A program made the position numbers and the translations under genes. From Candidatus Heimdallarchaeota archaeon (GTDB lineage: Archaea; Asgardarchaeota; Heimdallarchaeia; Heimdallarchaeales; Heimdallarchaeaceae): a DNA stretch of 47,106 nt. The stretch covers positions 1-47,106 of the forward strand of contig JAHLWR010000027.1 in assembly GCA_019057815.1 (NCBI GenBank), in the 5' to 3' direction. Positions within the stretch are counted from its first letter, which is position 1. Every line of letters starts with the position of its first letter. Under the pieces are notes generated by a model. That model was not told the DNA's origin. It ran no database searches and was given only the letters and a program-made list of their open reading frames with translations. Below are positions 41,836-47,106 of this stretch, piece after piece.

Positions 41836-42651
41836 TCATATAGTTCTAAATTCAATGTATATATGCATGACATTTAGAGTTAAATCGAAAGAAGCTTGAG
41901 CTAGTGGGTAATCAATCACTTGAAAGAAATCACTTGATTGTGCTTTGATGGTTAAGAAATCACCATATGTGCCAAGATAGGTGGAATTAACTACTTGACT
42001 CTGTTTTCGTATTTGTATTTTGGTTTCAGTGTTAATAACAGGGAAGTATTCTCCCTGTCCATCAGCTGTCTTGGAAGTACTAAGATGAATTAAGATTAAA
42101 TTAATTTCCAACTCATTATCACTCACGTATTCAACATTCATAAAGACACTATAAGATAATTTGAGAACTTTCTTTCCTTCTAGAGTCTGATGCACGATAT
42201 TAGTGACTTGAGCAGTTCTGTTGATAGAATTCACTAATATATACGGATCACCAAAATCATAAATTATGCCGCTAACCTCCTTAAAATTACCATTGAGCAC
42301 GTATACTAATTCACCCATTGTATAATTGGATTCATCAATTAAAAGCCCCTCAGATTCAATTATTAACATGATTGGGTTACCGCTAGTGTATACGTCCAGA
42401 ACACCGTTTGAAATACCATACCTGACTACTTCGGACGAGTTTTCTGGTTTGTTGACTAGTTGTTTAATTACTGCATCAATATTAAGAAAATTGTTTGTTG
42501 CTGCGGTTAAGTTACTTTGAGTTTGAAAATTTTCTATAGCCGGGATTATTTGAGCTAAAGCTAATCCTAAACTAGAAACCATAACTGTAAATAATATTAG
42601 TGTAGCAATAACATTACTAACTCCTTTTCTAGATTTGAGTAGCTTCTTCAT
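41836..42651 (-). CDS. Class III signal peptide (archaeal type IV pilin-like) protein
   Basis: SRKG|VSNVIATLILFTVMV. Confidence 0.8.
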   Translation of the reverse strand: MKKLLKSRKGVSNVIATLILFTVMVSSLGLALAQIIPAIENFQTQSNLTAATNNFLNIDAVIKQLVNKPENSSEVVRYGISNGVLDVYTSGNPIMLIIESEGLLIDESNYTMGELVYVLNGNFKEVSGIIYDFGDPYILVNSINRTAQVTNIVHQTLEGKKVLKLSYSVFMNVEYVSDNELEINLILIHLSTSKTADGQGEYFPVINTETKIQIRKQSQVVNSTYLGTYGDFLTIKAQSSDFFQVIDYPLAQASFDLTLNVMHIYIEFRTI

Positions 42652-42715
42652 GTATGTATCTCTTATTTAACACATTATATAAATTTGTTGACTGAATGCG
42701 TAGATGACCCCATAA

Positions 42716-43336
42716 TCACCCAGAATCTGTGATTGAAAGCTTTACTCTACTACCTTTTACTTCTACCAATTTTTTATTAACTAACATGGGTACAATTCTA
42801 TTCTTTAAAGTCACTTTAGGTATAGTTGTTTCATTTTTTAACACTGAAAATGTCAACTCATGATTTGGAGATGATGAAAGAGCTACTAAAACATCAATAT
42901 TCTCTTTTTGACTAGGGATCCATTGTGATATAACTTTGATTGTAAAAATGTACCCTTCTTGTTTTTGAATTAACTCACTTAATTGCATCTCTTGTTTACT
43001 GCATTTTTCTTTTATTTGGATTAGATCATCTATTCTAGACTGAAGATTATCTCTTTCAGAAATTGAATCATCTAGCTGAGTCTCAAGAATTTTGTATTTC
43101 TTATTCAAAGTTACAAATTTTTTAATCTGCGACTTCAAATCTTTACGTTCTGATATTAAAACTTCTGATTGTTCTGTAAGCTTTACCATTTCATCATCGA
43201 TCGAAGTTTTATCTTTACCTCTTTCTAGTTCCCTGATGTGTTGTTTCAAATCATATATCAAATCTTTGAAACGCATAGTTTCTGAGTCAACAATAATATC
43301 AATTCTCTTAAGTAAATCACGTACTTCATCTATCAT
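42716..43336 (-). CDS. Coiled-coil protein with C-terminal winged helix
   Basis: Heptad-rich N-terminus; LTFSVLKNETTIPKVTLKNRIVPMLVNKKLVEV. Confidence 0.7.
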   Translation of the reverse strand: MIDEVRDLLKRIDIIVDSETMRFKDLIYDLKQHIRELERGKDKTSIDDEMVKLTEQSEVLISERKDLKSQIKKFVTLNKKYKILETQLDDSISERDNLQSRIDDLIQIKEKCSKQEMQLSELIQKQEGYIFTIKVISQWIPSQKENIDVLVALSSSPNHELTFSVLKNETTIPKVTLKNRIVPMLVNKKLVEVKGSRVKLSITDSG

Positions 43337-43588
43337 TTTCTTAACGAAAAAGGTTTACAATGCAAAAGTATTATAGTTTTCGTATTTGTAAACAGTATTA
43401 TTTATGTATTATATAGATATTATTAATTTCTCTATTACCACTATATTCCATGCTTATAAGGTTTATAGAGCCAAAACAGATTGAGTAATAACTGTTTAAA
43501 CATTTTGTTAAATCAGCTGTAATTATTAAGTTGATATTTAATAAAAATACTCTTAAGTGCACAACTAAATTTAGGGTTGGTAATTTAA

Positions 43589-44458
43589 ATGGAATCTTTA
43601 ATTGTTTTCAAAGATGTTACAAAGAAGTTCCAACTTTTTTGGGAAGAGATAACCATACTTGAAAAAACCATTTTGAATATTAATAGAGATGAGCTTGTTT
43701 TGTTATATGGACCATCTGGTAGTGGTAAAACAACAGTACTAAATTTGTTAGTAGGATTATTAACTCCTGATGAAGGTGAAATTCAAGTAGCAGGATTATT
43801 TCTAGATATCATTCCTGAAAGAGAAAAAGCTGATTTCCGAGCTAAATATTTCGGTATTGTTTTTCAAGAATTCAACTTAGTTTCTACGCTAACAGTCAAA
43901 GAAAACATCATTCTTTTTCAAGAACTTTGTGGTCTAGAAATTGATGACAACGAAAAAAAGATAGATGGTCTTTTAGAAAAACTAGGAATAAACCACAGAG
44001 CAGACAGCTTTCCTTCGCAACTAAGTGGGGGGGAAAAGAAGAAAGTTGCCATCGCTAGAGCTTTAACAAATGATCCATTCATTCTCATTTTAGATGAACC
44101 AACAGGTAATCTAGATAGAGAAACAGCAAACCAAATTTGTGCTTTAATAGAAGAGTTATTTCAAACAACAGATATGTCAGTGATTGTGGCTTCTCACGAT
44201 CCCAAGATGAAAGACATTGCTTCAACAATTTATCGTGTTGAGGGTGGAAATATTGAACTAGAAACAGAATTCCCTGAAAGAAGGAAGAAGAAGACAGTGA
44301 AATATCGACCGCTTGAATCACTCGAGAGATTAAAGGAAGAATTGGACGCCTTAGAGATAGGGAATGATAAAAATACAGAAGAATCTGAAATTGACAAATT
44401 TATCCTCTTAGAAGGTAATATTGAAGATGATAATATGAAAAACGAAGATTCTGAATGA
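43589..44458 (+). CDS. ABC transporter ATP-binding protein (LolD/MacB type)
   Basis: GPSGSGKT, VFQ, LSGGE, LDEPTGNLD. Confidence 0.95.
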   Translation: MESLIVFKDVTKKFQLFWEEITILEKTILNINRDELVLLYGPSGSGKTTVLNLLVGLLTPDEGEIQVAGLFLDIIPEREKADFRAKYFGIVFQEFNLVSTLTVKENIILFQELCGLEIDDNEKKIDGLLEKLGINHRADSFPSQLSGGEKKKVAIARALTNDPFILILDEPTGNLDRETANQICALIEELFQTTDMSVIVASHDPKMKDIASTIYRVEGGNIELETEFPERRKKKTVKYRPLESLERLKEELDALEIGNDKNTEESEIDKFILLEGNIEDDNMKNEDSE

Positions 44459-44486
44459 AGTTTTAAATAACAATAGGTGTAAAACG

Positions 44487-46319
44487 ATGATAGGGCAACT
44501 TAAATTTGCGTGGATAGACTTCAGAAGAACGTTTATTTCATCAATATTCGCATATTTAAGCCAAATAATCACTTACTCTTCAATTTCTATAAGTATAGGG
44601 CTATTTTCAATTAGTAAACCCCTAATGTACATGAGAATTAACAATACGTTCTACACTTCATACAGATCTTTAATTATTCTATTTCTGGTTACGTCATTAA
44701 TCATTGGTGCAGTCACAATTTGGAAATCTATAGATTTGAAATTTAAGAACCAAAAAGATGATATAATAATAATGAAAAATGTGGGAGGAAAAAGTAGATG
44801 GATATACAGTTACTTTGTGTTTAGTCAAATACTAACAGCTTCAATCTTGCTAATAGTGGGTATTATAGTAGGGATTATTACCTTGATTGTGGCATTAAAT
44901 AGCTTAGGAATAGGCTCTTTATTAATCCACATTAATTTCATTCCAGTGTTTTTATCTAATGTCTGTTTGCTTATCGTTTCTTATTTAAAAGCCCATTCTA
45001 TGATAATCAAATTCATAAGCGATAAGAACTTTGAAATTTCATCAAATAAACTTAGTAATTACAAAAGTATATTTGAGTTTAATAACCTAATCAAGAAATT
45101 TGGAGCTACAGCTAAACTTGGTGTAAAAAACTTCTTAAGATCAAATGCTATTCTGGTTAATTTCATCTTTATCTTTTTCTTAGTTTTTTCGTCAACTCTC
45201 TTTATAATTGGTCCCCTTACAATAGATGAATCGCATAATCAATTTTCAAGGATAAGATATGAGGGTAGTTCATACATAGTAGGAGATTCTGAGATAAATA
45301 GTTTTTACAAAAACAATTTGATAGCAAATTTATATGCAAATACTACTATTTCAGGAGATTTGGAAGATGAACAATTCTTTTCGAACTTAACTTTAGACGG
45401 TAATTACTTAAGTGAAATTGATAGTTTAGGTATTGATTATTACACACTTTTTATTTCAAAACAGATAGTTAAAGAGATTCCGTACACAGACGTAGATCTT
45501 GGTAGTTATACTATCATTGGAGAGGACCGCGCATTCTATGCAATAATTATTGGATATAACGAGGATTTTCTATCAGAAGAACTCTTTATGAGAGGATCGA
45601 TTCCTGAATCGAATGAAAGAGCTGTTGTGATAGGTGATTCTCTCGAAGCAATGATTTTTGAAAATAGCTCTCTTGAAAAGATACAATTTACTGAGGGTTT
45701 AGTTAAATACGAAATAAAAGGAGTTATCGTTGATCCGTTTGCATCAAGTTTTACAGTGTACGTTCCAATTAGCAAGCTAATACAAGAATCGATAACAAAT
45801 GGACCTAATTTGGTAATATTCAGCGATTTAAATGAAATAGAGTACGAACAAGTTCAAGAGATGTCAACCAGCTATGGTTATCAACTAGAAGATGTAAGAA
45901 ATTCAGCAGAAATCTATCATAATAGCTTAAAAACAACAGTACTTACCACTGTGACGATAGGAGCAAGCCTGTTTATTATATTTTCAATACAATCATCAAT
46001 TTTTGCTTTACTATACGTTCTAGCTTATAGAAAAGATTCAGAGCTATTATTTAAGTTGGGAATCAAAAAGAGGAAGATAAAGCAATCAAATAATCTATCA
46101 ATATTATTACACCTTATTCCAGGGGCGCTGCTAGGATCATATTTTGGAACAGTTTTGACGCTATTCTTTTTAATACCAAAGCAACACATGATGTGGTTGA
46201 TGGTGTTAATTGTACCCATCGTTATTTGGTTTATCATAACAACAATAACGGGATCACAAATAGCTAATAATCGAATAATAAAGAAAATCAAAAAACAAAT
46301 GTCAAAGACCAGTAATTGA
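44487..46319 (+). CDS. FtsX-like ABC permease
   Basis: Two TM clusters around an extracellular domain, adjacent to the ATPase. Confidence 0.85.
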   Translation: MIGQLKFAWIDFRRTFISSIFAYLSQIITYSSISISIGLFSISKPLMYMRINNTFYTSYRSLIILFLVTSLIIGAVTIWKSIDLKFKNQKDDIIIMKNVGGKSRWIYSYFVFSQILTASILLIVGIIVGIITLIVALNSLGIGSLLIHINFIPVFLSNVCLLIVSYLKAHSMIIKFISDKNFEISSNKLSNYKSIFEFNNLIKKFGATAKLGVKNFLRSNAILVNFIFIFFLVFSSTLFIIGPLTIDESHNQFSRIRYEGSSYIVGDSEINSFYKNNLIANLYANTTISGDLEDEQFFSNLTLDGNYLSEIDSLGIDYYTLFISKQIVKEIPYTDVDLGSYTIIGEDRAFYAIIIGYNEDFLSEELFMRGSIPESNERAVVIGDSLEAMIFENSSLEKIQFTEGLVKYEIKGVIVDPFASSFTVYVPISKLIQESITNGPNLVIFSDLNEIEYEQVQEMSTSYGYQLEDVRNSAEIYHNSLKTTVLTTVTIGASLFIIFSIQSSIFALLYVLAYRKDSELLFKLGIKKRKIKQSNNLSILLHLIPGALLGSYFGTVLTLFFLIPKQHMMWLMVLIVPIVIWFIITTITGSQIANNRIIKKIKKQMSKTSN

Positions 46320-46373
46320 AATATAATCCTTTAAACAATAAATAACTTTAAAATTATTACACTTCAAATTTAG

Positions 46374-46658
46374 ATGAAAATGGTAACTAGAGTAAAATAT
46401 TGTGCTAAATGTGGTCGTCCAATAGCGAGTGCGGGATATTGCCAAGATTGTGCAGCTGAAATAAGTGTTGGTATAAAAAACAGGTGCACATTTTGTGGAA
46501 AGAGTAATCTCTTATCACCTCTAGCTTATAATGCTACGACAGGAAAAGTTTATTGTAAAGATTGTTTAAATGTGTTTGTTAGAGGACTAAGAGAAAATGC
46601 TATACCAGAAGAACAAATAAAAAAGATAGTTGACAAAGATTTTACACCTGTAAAGTAA
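46374..46658 (+). CDS. Small double zinc-finger protein
   Basis: Four CxxC motifs in 94 aa. Confidence 0.8.
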   Translation: MKMVTRVKYCAKCGRPIASAGYCQDCAAEISVGIKNRCTFCGKSNLLSPLAYNATTGKVYCKDCLNVFVRGLRENAIPEEQIKKIVDKDFTPVK

Positions 46659-46903
46659 TAATAAAAAGGGACATTAGAAAAAACAAAGGAAGCATCATTA
46701 ATTTTACTAATTATATGAAATTTTATTAATCACTGATTTTTACATTTAAAGAATATTCAGGCAATAGGGCACTTATTGAGTTATTAAAGTAATAAAAATC
46801 TTGTATAAAAATTGTAAACTATAATTTTCTGTATGTCACTTTTTTTCTGTGCTGTTCTTTAATCTTTAGCTCATATTTAGATTAACAAATTCAAAAGTGA
46901 TTT

Positions 46904-46966
46904 ATGATGTACGACCCTAGCGAACCAGGCGATCAAGATATCACCCCTCCTTTTTGGCTTCCCTAG
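46904..46966 (+). CDS. 20-aa peptide MMYDPSEPGDQDITPPFWLP (paralog of 39784-39843)
   Basis: Same upstream motif, SD-like element and T-tract as copy 1. Confidence 0.75.
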   Translation: MMYDPSEPGDQDITPPFWLP

Positions 46967-47041
46967 CCCTTGAGGAAGCATTTTTCTTTTTCTTTTTCTT
47001 TTTGTAAAATCAATGTAAAATTAGAAGTGTGTTAATATCAA

Positions 47042-47106
47042 AAATGCATTATTACCCTGTGGAAAAGAAGAGTTCCTAGGGACGATACTTTTATAGAACG
47101 CTCTTT
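47042..47106 (+). pseudogene. 3' fragment of a paralog of the 40015-41589 TPR-like gene (runs off the window)
   Basis: KCIITLWKRRVPRDDTFIERSF versus NCIVTLWKRRVPKDDSFVEQSF (~41260-41325). In-frame TAA at 47033 and no start codon. Confidence 0.85.

Overview
AT-rich archaeal chromosome segment. It is most likely an Asgard (Heimdallarchaeia-like) genome, inferred from the rRNAs, PolD, the archaeosortase and the NosD-type surface proteins. At its centre are divergently transcribed 16S (minus strand, ~18384-19894) and 23S (plus strand, ~20811-24175) rRNA genes, with no tRNA or 5S seen. Both carry bulge-helix-bulge (BHB) type introns: a 31-nt mini-intron just before the 16S anti-SD and a 344-nt intron in the 23S peptidyl-transferase loop. 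Left of the 16S, an 18-kb accessory region is divided by repeated copies of the 16S 3' end plus trailer plus the tail of a 1625-aa membrane-anchored nuclease-like ORF (2024-2180, 3670-4015, remnant 9362-9401). Two copies are preceded by a dif-like 29-bp site. This looks like a tandem array of cassettes inserted at the 16S 3' end. Its cargo is defence-like (SIR2-NTPase-TPR-OB protein, three HEPN-like genes) or surface proteins. Right of the 23S are a YaaC-like gene, a PARIS-like pair with a broken ATPase, and housekeeping genes (archaeosortase, intein-containing PolD DP2, MoxR/VWA, PAPS-reductase-like, pilin-like, ABC exporter). There are also two copies of an unannotated 19-20 aa peptide gene (M[F/Y]DPSEPGDxxITPP[I/F]WxP), each followed by a TPR-like gene or its remnant. 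No integrase, transposase or CRISPR array is visible. All family assignments come from motifs read by eye, not from database searches.
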